A stretch of DNA of 64,000 nucleotides from Lingula anatina (lineage: Eukaryota; Animalia; Brachiopoda): positions 26,708,225 to 26,772,224 of the forward strand of contig CM120640.1 of NCBI GenBank assembly GCA_051362555.1, written 5' to 3'. Both the position numbers and the translations under genes were made by a program. Under the pieces are notes generated by a model. The model searched no databases. It had not been told where the DNA came from and saw nothing but the letters and a program-made list of their open reading frames with translations. Of this stretch, positions 1-13,589 are shown piece after piece; within the stretch, counting starts at the first letter, position 1, and each line of letters starts with the position of its first letter.

Positions 1-1108
1 GAAAACATTTTTGACCTGCTTCCTCCAGGATCAGAAATCGACACTAATTCGATTTTAATACTTATGTTCATAGGTGCATTGATAAGTATTCTTTGACTTT
101 CGTAGTCAACTCAAAACATAAAAATGTTATAGGTGAGATTCACTTGAACATGTTGCTCATATCTTGTTCCCAATTTGATTATTTTCATAAGGATTGTATA
201 TGCAAACATATCACTGCCAGACTTAACTGGCATACTCTCCATAACAGTATTGCACTCAGATCTTCATTCACTTGCAGTTCAAATAAAGGACAGGGTAATA
301 TCAGTGCTGAGTTTGAGTTATTGTTGTCTTTCAGACCTTGACTTACTGCTGTGTATTCAAAGATGACACATAAACCATATTATATCCTTAATGTTTTTAT
401 AGCATGCTTTTGCATTGTTGGTTGTGGTTTGTATGCTTACTTGTCATACAATCATGGTCAAGCCAATGCCAAATTAAGAGCCTAGATTCTGTAAGCAGTG
501 TCCAAAGCCGAATAGTTCAAAATAATGTTTAAAAAAAACGTGAATGTGTTCATTCCTGTTTTATAAAATCAAATTTGAAGTCGGTATTTGATTTAGAAAA
601 ATTATTTTGAATGCTTTGCAAACATACCTCCCTTTTCTTCAAACATACACATTTGATTATTGTGGTAGAGAAGTTTTCTAGCTGTCAGCACAATGGAACC
701 ACTAATAAAACACGGGAACTTTAATAAAATGTTATGAACACTACCTATACTTTCATTTATCATTGAAATGATTTTGCTTTTAAATTGTCTTTATTGTCAC
801 GGGGAAAAATGCGCCAATGTGACTACTTCAATACATGTAATGATAATACCAAATTACTAATAACCAATAGTTGTAATAATTATACTCAATTTTTCCATTG
901 ATTTCACTAAACTAAAATTCAAATGGCTCCACCTTTTCTGATGCTCTGATTATCTTAAAGTTGATCCTGTATAAAGATGCAAATTTTGGGCTTAAAAAAG
1001 CAACTAAATTACATTTTTCAAAAAGAGGGGGAACCAATTTTATAGCAGGAATTTTCCAGATATCTTAGCTACATCACACTCTGCTAGTCTTGCTGTCCAC
1101 TAGAAATT

Positions 1109-1141
<33 letters not shown>

Positions 1142-2191
1142 AAAGGTATACTATCTGTGCTTGAAAAACGCCCCAAAGTCATATTTTCTATGACTTCATT
1201 TCCTGCAAAGCTACTTCTCTTTCCCACTGCAGATGCTATAAATGCTAAACCTCCCCAAATTAAAGTTCCTGGCGAAATGTTTACCTTTGAAATGTACTGA
1301 AAGAAATGGTGGTCCAAGTGGATAACTGGTCAGTAATTTAAAACTTATTAAATAAGAAATGTAAAAAAAAACATCAAATCCAAATGCAGGGACACGTCGA
1401 GCAATATTTTGTGATTGAAGATAACACCTTTTTATTGAGGATAATTTGATTTGGCAGGAAAATCTCTGACAGGATAACTTTTATAATAGGTGCACAAAAC
1501 AGTTATGGTAAAAAATTTGTGTAAAGATAAAAAATATCCTGATTTGAGTCCTCTTTTCTCATAAAGAATTTTATTTTGACTGAATCCCCCCCCCCACATC
1601 ACATTTTAAAAATCAATGTAACAATATCTTTTAAGAGCCAAAGTTAATCATTGACAATATCAAAACAATAATTTCTCATATTTACCAGATATTAGCACAA
1701 ATGGATGTGCAATTTGACACACATATATTGCACATTGCTTTTGCCATTAAACTACAGACATCAGACAATAAATATGCAGGTGGAATGTTATAACATGCAT
1801 GTTCATCTTTCTTAATTTCATACAGCATTAAATTCAGCTTGCAATTTCTTATGAAGCTGGTTATAATTGAAAACGTACCCGACGTTAAGATCTTTTGAAT
1901 CATACTTCAATGTAACAATTACAATAACGGTTAATTTTCACAAATTTCTCTCCACCTGATAAAAGTTAACACATATATATGCTTGGACTGCTCTATCAAG
2001 CACACCAGTTTTTTTCACAGGCAAAATTCATCCAGTCCTTTTCCTTGTGTTTTCCCCCTTTTTATACACTGAGTTAATCATATATTTACATACATTTACC
2101 ATAATAATTTGCCATATATGAAAGAAATCCCCCATTCCTGTTTTATGTTTGTCTCCTCTCTCAAATCAATGCACATGTCTGCTGGGGTACT

Positions 2192-4924
2192 TTATAATAA
2201 TATCTGATACTTGACAGCCCTGGGCACCCTGTTTATCACTAAGCGTCCATCATAACTAAGTGAAGCAAATACCCAGGGGTCAGCAGTTGACCATTCTGCA
2301 GCATACACACTGTCCTCATGCTCCTCATATGTAGATATTGTACCATCCTCCATTTTCTCTCTGTAAAAAATGAACAGATCTGAGACTTAGCTAAACACTT
2401 ACATTTCTATGATTTAAATTCTATTCATAATTAAAATTTGAGAGTCTGATGATTTTTTTTTCACTAAAACATATAAACCTACAAACAACTTCTAATTATC
2501 ATCTTATTTCAATTCAACTGCATAACTTACAAGGAAGTTTTCTTTGAAAACAGCTTCAATGAAAACTTGTTTCAGATATTGAGATGAGGCATCTTGATGT
2601 TTTGCTGTTGCATCTCAAATTGTTGATCATAAAGAAGCATTTTCCTTTATAACTCACTTAGTTTTGTCATCTTCTTCTCCATCACTCAGATCTTCATCCT
2701 CCACAAGATGACCATAAGGCTCTGATGATATGGAGATTGCATTAGTTAGCACCACACGACTGTCACTACTAGAGGTCAGCACCAGCTGGTCATGGAAATG
2801 ATTGTATCTCACACTCCAGACCCTGAGAATCAGTAATGAGAGCAAGATATCATACCTATATATACACTTTACAATGCTTTCATAAAGTAGAAGTTAATAA
2901 GCAAAAGTGACCAAACAAAGTTCAATTGTTTCGGTTATCATACATGTGGAGATATCAAACTGATTTTTAATGGCCTCAGGCATTTTCTAGATTTCATTTT
3001 CAGAAAAAATAAAAACTTTTACAAATTCATGGCTTTCTGCTTCAATCCCCTGCAAATTCAGGCATGACTCTTACCAATGTGAATGATCTGATAAAACCTT
3101 GAGGGGTTCATTTGAATTCCTTATGTCCCAGAACTTTGTCTTACAGTCATCCCCACAGGTAGCAAGGTAATACTGCTTGTTTGGGTTAAAGTCCAGCTCT
3201 CTCACTAGTTGACTGTGAGCATTCTCTATTGTATACACCTGCCTTTAAATAAAAATATATACGCAAACACTTCAAAATCATTTAAGCCTATTCATAATAG
3301 GAAACAGGATTTCCAAATACAAGATTATCATATCCTTTATAATATTCTCAAATATCCAGAAATTGTCAATTATTGTTGAGTTAAACACAATAGTGACAAT
3401 ACTGTTGCTGCAAAATAAACAACACACTGAAAATAACATGCCCTGGTCAATATTTCTCATAACCAGCATGTTGCACTCACTTGTTGCTCCTCAGATCCCA
3501 TCCACGTATACTAGTGTCATTGGAAGTGGCAATCTGAGAACAATTGTGGTGAGGATTCCATCTGCCTGATGTGAACTTGGGCTGCCCTTTACCTTCTAAT
3601 GCTATTGAACTGGAAAGCTGAAAAACCCAGAAAATATGTAAAATACTGGTGTTGTACTCTGGCTTTCAGATGTTCATACTGATATTACCTGTCACATCTG
3701 ATTAAGTGGTTAAGCGGTTTGAGTAGACTGAGGCTTCCATCCACTTACACATGTATCAAGACTGTGTGGCAAAATCTGAGGCTCATGGTAAACATTTTTC
3801 AAATGTGAGATAAGATATCACTAAATTAAGAAAATAAAAATTGTCAGGAAATGTGTTTGGCAAAAGGAAGTAGCACTTGCTGAGTCCATAGGTTAGTGAT
3901 AGTGTGCAATTTATTGATATGACTGTAAAAGCCTTACTGTGGCTCTACTACTGCTGGTTTCTAAGTCCCACATCAGTATATGACTGTCCACAATGGACAG
4001 GATGGTGTTGCCCTCTCCTGATGGATGCCATAATATACTAAAGACAAAAACAAATAATAAATCATATCAGTTCAGTGAACTATTAAGAGAGTCACAATAT
4101 AAAACAAGCTACTAGTATTACCTATTAAAAAATCTAATCATTTAAGCCAGGCTCCAATTGTTCTGTGAATCAATTACTCACCTTTTCATTTCTCCATAGT
4201 CTGTAGTATCTAGCTTACAAAGTAATTCCAGTTCCTTGTGGGTTGGTGAGCTATCTTCTCCCAGACTGGCATCAAACTCAGGAATACGCCATAATGCAGC
4301 TTCCATCTCAGCCTTGGCATCTGATGCTACATGAAATTCAAACAAATATGGTAAGGGTTATATCTATTACATGGTTATTGATCTACATATATTTTGCAAA
4401 ATAAAAAAATGCCTATAAAAGATGGTGCATAAATATGCCTACCTTTTGCGTTAACATTCAGTTGTAAGTCAGAGAGTATATCATAAATGTCAATCTTAGA
4501 TAACTTCATTAGGTAAAACCTGTCCTTTCTTCTTTAGAATTACCTCAGTCAGCCCAATTTGTTTCAGCAATGCACTGATTACATGATAAGTACTAGTACA
4601 AAGTAAGGTTGCCCATAAAGTACATAATACCTACTTTTATTGTAGCAAGTGGCAAAGATGTTCTTGTCTTTTGATGAAGCACTTATGTGCCAAATTTCAC
4701 CCTCTTTGTGGAGAAAAACATTTTTATTGATCATATTATTTTCATCATCAAAATCAATCTGATGGACCTGAAAATAAATCAAAACATTTAAAACAGATGT
4801 AAAATAAAAATATATTCATCATATCAAACATCTTTTAGATTATTCCAATGCATACAACGTACATGTATACAACTGAACAATGTGCAGGAGTTCCATTTTA
4901 TGTGTGCATATGTGCATGTGTGGA

Positions 4925-4959
<35 letters not shown>

Positions 4960-5363
4960 AAGGATAGAGGGGAGGAGAGTGAGGAACGGATGCATGTACT
5001 GTACCTGGTTCTCAAACTTAAGTGACTGTGTGCCAACCAGAAAGCGTATCTCATCTGTTTCTGCCGTTTGAGCTGTCAAAGCACGGGCCTGAAGATTAAG
5101 TGCCAATAAAATCTGTATCATTATTATTAATGTTAATTACATACAATGGATACTGTTATAGTTTTTTTTCTTACTACTAGTACTAAACTCTTAGGGGGAG
5201 TGTGTCATTTTTTTTAATGTAAAGCTACAATAATCTTGATGTTTTCGGCTACAAAATATTTGCAGACGGAACTGCCACAATAATCGATTATCAAAAAATT
5301 TATTTTATGCGTAAACCTTACCTGAAACTCAAGCCCATATATAACCGGTGCGTCGTCCTCCAT
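2192..5363 (-). CDS. EIPR1: EARP/GARP complex-interacting protein 1 (TSSC1), WD40 protein, 9 coding exons
   Basis: Minus-strand exons 5363-5322, 5088-5005, 4767-4635, 4326-4182, 4037-3938, 3617-3481, 3242-3075, 2822-2658, 2360-2192, all GT-AG. Translation [38 protein letters not shown]...[27 protein letters not shown]...[44 protein letters not shown] matches TSSC1/EIPR1 as I recall it. Confidence 0.96.
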
Positions 5364-5535
5364 TTTTCACGACAACCTACCAGTACCTACTTCCAATACA
5401 ACAAGAAAGGTACCCATTGACGGCACAGTACAAAAGTTGAGGGGAGAAGCCCTTGATAAATCATGTTATTTTGTTTGGTTCAAACATTTCTATAGATAGT
5501 GTGTAGTAGGTATAATCAAGTGTTTTTAATTGGTA
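5364..5535. promoter_or_regulatory. Bidirectional promoter EIPR1/TRAPPC12
   Basis: Only 172 bp separate the divergent start codons (5363 minus, 5536 plus). Confidence 0.7.
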
Positions 5536-8500
5536 ATGGAGGAAGCAGGAGAAGAATCTGCATCGACAGCGATGGAGCCAGTTAGTGACAACCCAGACAT
5601 TCATGCAGAGCTCCCTGCCAGCACAGAGACGGTCGAGGTTAATCCAATGGCTCGCACATCTAGCACAGAATCAAGCCACACAACCACTGGAAACTTAGAT
5701 AGTGTAGATCTTCTGTCTCCAGATGTAGAAGAGGTGGATATTCTTGGGTCTGGGGTGGAGGAAAGAGACAGTGATTCAATGAAAATGAAAGAAGAAATGC
5801 TTTCAGAGCAAGTTGGCCAAGAACTGGACACTGCTAATGATGGTCCCTTGTCGGGGAAATCAGCTCTTGCGCAGAGTATGGAGGAGCTGTCCTTGGATCA
5901 GTCTGCTGTTGAACCAGAGCCAGAACTGACAGAAGACCAGACTGCAGGGACAGAGATATCAGTAAACGACAAAGACTCTGCTCCATCTCTTGCACAGTAC
6001 TTTGCTCACTCCCAGGATAATTCTGGTGCTGAGTTTTTTGACTCTCTTCCTCCAACAAGTGCTGATGATAGCGGATTCATTCCAGATACGTCAGAGAAAA
6101 CCCAAGTTGAAAATGGAGGAGAGGATACTGTGAACACTGGAAAGTTAGAGTCTAGGGTTGGGAAGAGAGAACAAGTCCTTACAGAAATAGGGGCTTCAAA
6201 AGAGGCAACACATGAGGAGAAACCTAAAGTAGACCAAGAAGTGAGTTCATTTGAAAGAATGCATTTTTTATATTAGGCAGAGGCGTTTGACTTAAGTCTG
6301 TATTTCTCTTGTAGATATTAAAAATGACATTGCATTTTTAAATATATCATATTATTATAAAATTTTATTTCTTTGTAATTTTAATTTAAATTTGAAAATT
6401 ACATTTATGGAATGAAAAAAGCTCACAAACAATTTATCCATTTCAGATTCGTGGTGTTCCTTTGCCTGCTGTGCCACAATCCACATCTGTTGCTGCAACA
6501 ACTGCAACAGAAATAACAGTTGATACCTCAACTACCACAACACCCACAACAACAACAACACAGTTCCCTCTACCTACCACGCCCCCTTTACCCCAGTTTG
6601 AACAGACCACCCCACCACTACCTATGGCTGCTCCCACTGATGACATGTTTTCTGTTGGAATGGATAATGTAGACAGGAGTTATGATGCATGGATTCCGTC
6701 AGAGGCTACAAGACAGGTGCTGATAGCTAAGGTGACCAGTGCCCCGGGGACATTCTTCCCCAGTGCAGAGCAGTTGACTTGCCCAGGACTGTTGTATGAT
6801 GACTTGCAGGTATACACATTGATGGTTGCAATTTTGAATTTCCTGACAATAGTGCTTTAAGTCTGAACCCATCTTCAGGTGTTTTAATATTATAACAGAT
6901 ATCAGAATACACATAGTAGCAGTTATGCAAGGCTTGGTAATATTTAGATTGGGAAAAGTTAATGATTGCACGTCAATTGCTTTATCATGATGATATGGGT
7001 ATTGTAATTATTGTATTTGATCAAGTTGATTACTTCATATATCTCAGGGTGACCCAGTGAAGGACCTGGTATACAGATATATGGGAGATGTAGAAGCCAG
7101 CAAGAGGCAGACCCTCACAGCAGACAGTGTGCCACCTAATGATGAGGGCCTCAGACAGCTTATTGTAAGATTTTGTTTAGTCGTGTGCATGTGAATGTGC
7201 GTGTGGGAGGAAGGGGGGTTGTCGCTTTTTCAGGTTGAGTATTTCAAAACAGAAATATTCTTTTTATGGCAATATAATTGAAGAATTAAAACAGAAATAC
7301 ATATGACATGGCTGTAAATTTGCCCAGATTTTTAGACATAAAAAATTTTGTCAAGTATGTTGTGGTCAGCTTGTGTTAAACCAGATGGAATGAAAAAGTC
7401 AAGGCATTAATTATTTATGTGTATAACTGGGATGATTACATCAAAGATATGTCGTATTATTGTTTTTGAATCAGAAAGCAGAGTGTCACCGTGCTGCCAT
7501 TGACCTGACTGGAAAGATACTAAGAGAACATGGACAAGGCATGGGAAGTGCTGGACAGATTTCTAATAATACACCTTGGAGTTTGCAGGTAGGTATGCTT
7601 TTTGCAAAAAAAGGTTTTGTTCTGATTTTATTAAATACCTTTAGGAAATTGGAGTCGTTATGAAGCGATTTTATGCAGATTTCTCTTTAAGCCATCTTCC
7701 AGGATACAATAGATAGTCTTAGACTTGTAAGGTGAAAAAGTCATGTTTTTACTAATTGCAGATATCTCAAATTTGTTTAGACTCTAGTCTTTTTAGAAGC
7801 CTTTTTTTCATTCAAGATATGGTTTACGCGTATAGCTTTGATGATGAAGTTGAAGATGTACAGTTTGGTGGAGTCTGAGCTTCAGGCATTTGGAACCTTG
7901 GACAAACCTGATCTGTACTACAATTATTATCCAGATGTATATAAAGGCAGAAAAGGTAATTTTGTGATCTTTTGTGATACCCTGTTTACAAAAAGTTTGT
8001 ATTTTACCATACTATGTAATATTAATAATTCTGTTGTGGGTTAGTTTCATATAGAAATTCTTTAAATAAATGATCAACACACTATTTAGTTTTTCTCTAA
8101 AGTTACTTTTCTTATCATATTTTTCCCACAAAAAGACAGTTGTCCAAATCCTGTTGACACAGCATTGCACAAACTGTTGTCAGTCTAATGAATTATTTAC
8201 AGTTTAGATCCTCAGTTTTTTCAGTACACTACAACAAATGCCTCATTTACTTCCAGGTTCCATGGTGCCTTTTGCTTTCCGTATCATCCATGCAGAGGTT
8301 CCTCAGTTCCTTGGCAGGACCCAGGAAACCTTAGATAGGTTGTATTATCTACATGCAGTGACCACTAAGGTACAGCTTAACAATGACCATGGTCGATTGC
8401 CTCAGAATATAATTATCTGAAGAAAACAAATGGTAACACTCAAGTTACTGCTGTATGAATACAATGCAGTCATTTTATTGCATGCTTGACAGATAGTTGG

Positions 8501-11262
8501 ATGTTTGCTACCCTGGATGTGTAGGAAAAACAAGTTATTTCTTTACTTGTAGATTTTATCAAATCTTGAGAGTGGACTAGAAGAGGATGGAAGCATGGTG
8601 GAACTGACCAATGAAAGTAGACAAGGTGAGCACTTTTTCACAATCTAATAATATTTCGTAATGTCACTGTTTGTTCACATGACTGTGTGAAGTGTTCTAT
8701 TGTGCTATTCAAAAATTCTTTGCAGCAAATAATTGATGCAGGTATAAACTGGTATTACTAAATAAAATCCAAGAGAGAAGTTAAAGTTGTTTTATTGCAC
8801 CACATAATTAAGCAGTATGTACCTGCTACCTTCATTAAGTATGCCATGTCAACACTACTTAATATAGGAATGGTGCCAGTAAGTCTTTCCTTCAAAGTTC
8901 AACCAGATGCCTTGTGCATGGGTGACTCTTTATGGCCAACATAAAATATCATTATAAAACATAACAATTAATTTTGATCCCAATTCGAGGTATATTAGGA
9001 AAATTATAAAATTATTTGCACCTTTGTATTCAATAGATAGCATTTAAAACACAAACACTAAAATCAATTAATTACAGTGAAGCAGTTCTCGTTGATTTAT
9101 TGTTATTTTAGCATCTAGAGAATTATGGGAGAGCAGAGAGATCCAGTTGCTATATGCTATTGCCAATTGCTTGCTTGGAATTAAGGTATGTTTGCTTCTA
9201 ATTTAAGAAAATGTTTGTTTTGCTTCCACTTGTTAATCCACACTGTTCAAAGAAATTAATAGAAAGTGTCTTAAGACCATAGCTTTTTGCTTAATTATCA
9301 CATGACCATAACTCTAGAAAGGACATCATTGTAGAATGATATGTAAATGGGTGTTTATCAGTAAATGTATGTTTTACAGGATTACATAGCTGCATTAGAA
9401 GCTTACAGATCCCTGCTAGTGAAGGACAAGAAGAACAAAGTGGCCTTGCTCACAGGCTTGGGAAGAATCCATTTACAGGTTTGGCAGGAGTCACTGTTAA
9501 CAGCCTTTACTAAGAGACACTATTCACATGTTGTCACACCTAACACACTGTTACATCATATCTTTCAGCTTTACTAATACCTTGTATATATTTTAGTAAT
9601 CACATTTCTGCTCAGTAATCTCACTTTTGCCATATTGCGATATGGGTTTGCTTCTGTCTTGAGCTTGTCATATTAGGATTGGGGTTTAGCCTTGGTAATG
9701 AGATATTCCAGAACGATGTATAAGAATTCTTGTGGGATTTTGAATCTTAAAGTTACACTTGAAGTCAAGTGTTTGCTACAAACCTGACAAATGCCATTAT
9801 ATGTAGTTTCAAATAGCATTGCTTTAAGAAATACCAAAGCTGGGGTAGCGCTAACACTCGCCAATTTAGCCAAATGCTAAAACTTTCATAAATTGGCTAA
9901 AGAAAAAGGGCTAGATTTGACTTCTTTTAGTCAAATTATAACCATTTTGATAACAAATTTACAAAAAAGTGGTGATTTGGCTAAGCGATAAAAATTGCTA
10001 GGGCTACCCCAGCAAAGGGTATTTTCTCATACTTCCCAAAATATGCTGTTGGAACATATTTTCTGTCCTCTTTCTGTGTTATAAATATAAGTCTTGGCTG
10101 TTTCCAACGGTCAATATTTATGCTATTGCATGGGCAACAGTTATGTGTCATACACAACTATTTGACTTATGTCATTCTGAAGACTTTCATGAACTGGAGG
10201 AAAGGATCAATGCATCAAGTTCCTGACTAGAAATTTGAAAAAATGTGCCGCTTTACAGCTATTTTCTGATTTACAGGGTGATTAATTAGGTTTATCCTTT
10301 GGCATGTCTACTTTATTGAAGTCTACGCTTCATATATAATCTGAAAAATAATAATCAAGAAAATAATGCTTGTCTTTTAGATGGGAGACATACCCCAAGC
10401 TTCAGCATACTTTAAACAAGTGGAAGACCAAGTTAGTTCATCTGATCCACAAGGACAAAGTAGAGTACTAATGAATAGGTAAGTACCCATTATGTATAAT
10501 ATTTGAAAGTCTTCAGACCAAGTTTTCAACATGTAGATTGGCTTCCTAGTTGTACTCAACAAGCATCACAGGTAGTTGATATTTGGATCCCTCATAATTT
10601 TCAGGTGCATTTCTTTAAATTTCATTCAAGCGATTGTGCTGCAATTTTCTCATCTTTTATTTTCAAATTTCTTTCAGGGGATTTATGGCCCTAGCAGAGA
10701 GCAACTTTGAATTGGGCCAGGACTGCTTTAAACAAGTGTCTGACATTGACCCAACCAATGCTTTGGTTAGTTTTTTTTTTTTTTAGTGTTACATACTATA
10801 GTTTACATACATTGAAGAAGAACCAATTTTTATACATATTTATTGAAGAATCATTTGACATAAAGGTACATGCACAAGTGTATATTAACAAAGTGATAAA
10901 GGCTTTAATAAAAGTATAATTGCAGTATTTTTTTTAATAAACAGCTATTGCTCATTTTTATATAATTTTTTGTGGTGATATCTTATTTTTCTCCTTAAAC
11001 CAAATTTCTGTTCATTCTTCAGGCTATCAACAACATGGCTGTGTGCTCATTATACACAGGAAAATTAAAAGCTGCAATTGCCATCTTGGAAAACCTTCTC
11101 CATAAAGACCCCAGCACCACATTACAGGAGGGTGTTCTCTTCAATCTTTGCACGCTTTATGAACTGGAATCCTCACAGGCTTTGCAAAAGAAACAGGCTT
11201 TATTAGAACTTGTCAGTAAACACAAAGGAAATGGATTTAATATAGCTTCTCTGAAGATGTAA
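5536..11262 (+). CDS. TRAPPC12: Trafficking protein particle complex subunit 12 (TTC15), TPR protein, 12 coding exons
   Basis: Exons 5536-6240, 6447-6809, 7048-7164, 7475-7588, 7817-7955, 8257-8369, 8553-8625, 9112-9185, 9380-9478, 10381-10478, 10678-10765, 11023-11262. Acidic disordered N-terminus, then DAWIPSEATR, FGTLDKPDLYY..YP..Y.GRKGSMVPFAFRIIHAE and NNMAVCSLYTGKLK...LFNLCTLYELES. Confidence 0.95.
9839..10013. mobile_element. Small MITE in TRAPPC12 intron 9
   Basis: Terminal inverted repeat GCTGGGGTAGC...GCTACCCCAGC with subterminal TTAGCCAAAT/ATTTGGCTAA motifs; about 175 bp. Confidence 0.65.
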
Positions 11263-11879
11263 ACTGTCGTTTTATAAGGTGTGAGTACATCAGTATGATG
11301 TAAGACTTCTGTGACAAATATTATGGCGTTTATTGTCTTGACCAATTATGTGTCAGTTTCATTTGGCATGGAAAGTATTCCACTTGCAATATTACCATTT
11401 CTTTAAAAATAGTGGCAATTTTGTGGTGCTATCATTTAAATGATTTCTTTTTGCTGTTGTATGGGTCTCTTAACCTTCATTCAGATAATGACAGAGTAAT
11501 CTTCAGTTATCTTGTAAGTTATGATGCATCTGTTTTGTTGTCGTCTTCAAAGCATTAAATTGAAGAAAGGCAAAACAAAAGAAATGAGATTGAATGGAAC
11601 AACATTTATTTTTAACTTCAATAATACATAATGTCTTAATTATCAAATCTTGAAAGTTGGAACTATGGCAATGATTTGTAAGATATCACTTATCGAAGGG
11701 TCTGTAAATTGAGTATTAATATAAAATGTTGTGCTAATGTTCCAGTAATAAGAAACTACCTTTAAGGTAAATAATGAAAATAAAACAAATTAAAATCTCA
11801 ATTAAAATGTTGTCTTCTGTATAATACTCATTTGTAGAGTAGAATGGGGCTGGTTGTGACAGGTGGGTTGTAATGGACC

Positions 11880-13570
11880 AGATCAATTCTACTACGGCAC
11901 AATGGTTAACCAAGATTATACAAGAGAGTATTGCGCGATCCCAGAGGTCATTGCGTTGCTCCCTTATAAGCATTGTCTGCAATGATGGCAGAATTTTTGC
12001 TCAATGTTAAAGAACTGAAAAGTGCCTATGATGAGGCCAGGTAATTTGAACATTCATCTGAATCGGACGGGGGAAAAAGATTTGGAGAATGCTGCTCAGT
12101 TCAGTGAGTGTGACGATCACGACGGGGGCACAGGGGACACTGCTAGTGCGAGAAAGTCCCATAATCATAGAGCCGAGGATGACAATTTGTAGGAGGGTGA
12201 GAACGACAAAGACGATAAGCCACCACTTAAAAAAGGCAGGGCAGATTTCCTGGATAACTTGGGAAAAGGCTTAGATGAACATTTGGCTCCTAGCATTGAT
12301 GAACTGCTCTTAGCAGTTAAAGTCAATAGGTATGCTAGTCAAGGCATGAAAGATTCAACTTTTAAAGAAATGACAGAGAACATAGTAAGACCAGAAAACT
12401 GTTTTATGCTGGGCCCTGTTATGGTTAACCCAGAAATTTGGAACATTTTTTCCACTGTATCGAAAACTAGGGATGTTAGATTGCAGAGAAATTTTACATG
12501 GAATCCAAAAGGGCATCATTCCCCTGGTTCAGCTGGCAGACAATCTACTGAAATCTTTAGAGAATAATAATGCAGTCTTTCCTGACATTGAAGATGTTTT
12601 GAATCCAGTCTCTGATTCTGTATTGCCTTTGGCTGGAACTGTGCATTATATCCATAAGTGGAGAAAGGAAGTTATCTGCCCAGAAATAAACCAAGTGTTT
12701 AAGGCACCCTGCAGTGCACTCATATACCTGGTGTGACAAATATTTTAGCAGATAAACACAGTAGAACCTTTAATGACAGGACAGAATGGTCACTTGATTC
12801 AGATGCGTTATGTAAATTGGCCAAGTATTTTGGTGAGCCTTCATTAGATTTGTTTGCTTCAAGGTTGAATCACAAGACTAAAAATTCCACATCACCCTCT
12901 AGTGACGTAATAGGCTCTACATGAGAGAGATGCGTGCGCAGCTCAGCGTCATTCATTGCGCCGTTTCTCAGCAAAGCAAACGCGGATTTACAAGCTGCAT
13001 GAAATTAATATTTCTGCAATGTTTTGAGCTTTTTAAGCGCTTAAGCATGTCTGCTTACATACTGTTAATACAGTGATATGTGGTTTAATACCCATTAATA
13101 CAAGTTTATCGCAATAAATGCACGAAATCGTGCATTTCAACAATCCTCGTCATGTAACTTACTTTATGCTTTTCCTCCTTTTAGTTTGATGCAGAAAGTG
13201 TCGCAGAAAATTCAAAAGGACTAGGCAGATGTGCTGATCATTGCACCTTTATGGCCAACACAGCACTGTGCTTCATCTGCTCTGCACAGAGCCAGTGTTG
13301 TTGCCACCTACAAAGAAGATTCTCAGCCTGCCACACCAGGAAGGACATCAACATTCACTAGCAAACAAACTAAAACTGATAGTATGCAAATTGATAGGAA
13401 ATGCATGCAGTAAGCAGGCATATCAGGAAAAGCTCAAGAAATTGTTATACAATCATGGTGATCAGGCACACAAAAACAATATGGCACCTATATCAAAAAA
13501 GTGGATTACTTACACAAGTGCAAAATATCTTGATCCCATTCGATCAAATGTGTCACATGTTTTGAATTCT
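11880..13570 (+). mobile_element. Degenerate DIRS-like (tyrosine recombinase retrotransposon) element A, RT deleted
   Basis: Frameshifted gag (IVRPENC..VNPEIW...RDVRLQ, about 12250-12720) joined directly to the RNase H C-terminus (HIPGVTNILADKHSR...W.L...P.LDLFASRLN, 12721-12885). Then a methyltransferase-like segment (YAFPPFSL...IIAPLWPTQ, about 13163-13263) and the start of the recombinase N-terminus (KKWITY...DPIRSNVSHVLN, to about 13568). Left boundary approximate. Confidence 0.8.
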
Positions 13571-13589
13571 ATCTCACCATCAATCATTG

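Noticed and set aside
1-2190. Short ORFs and a poly-A run upstream of the EIPR1 stop
   Set aside because: Consistent with EIPR1 3'UTR or intergenic DNA; no coding signal or retrocopy hallmarks.
10766-11022. U12-like branch sequence TCCTTAAAC before the last TRAPPC12 exon
   Set aside because: The donor is U2-type GTTAGT; probably coincidental within a pyrimidine tract.
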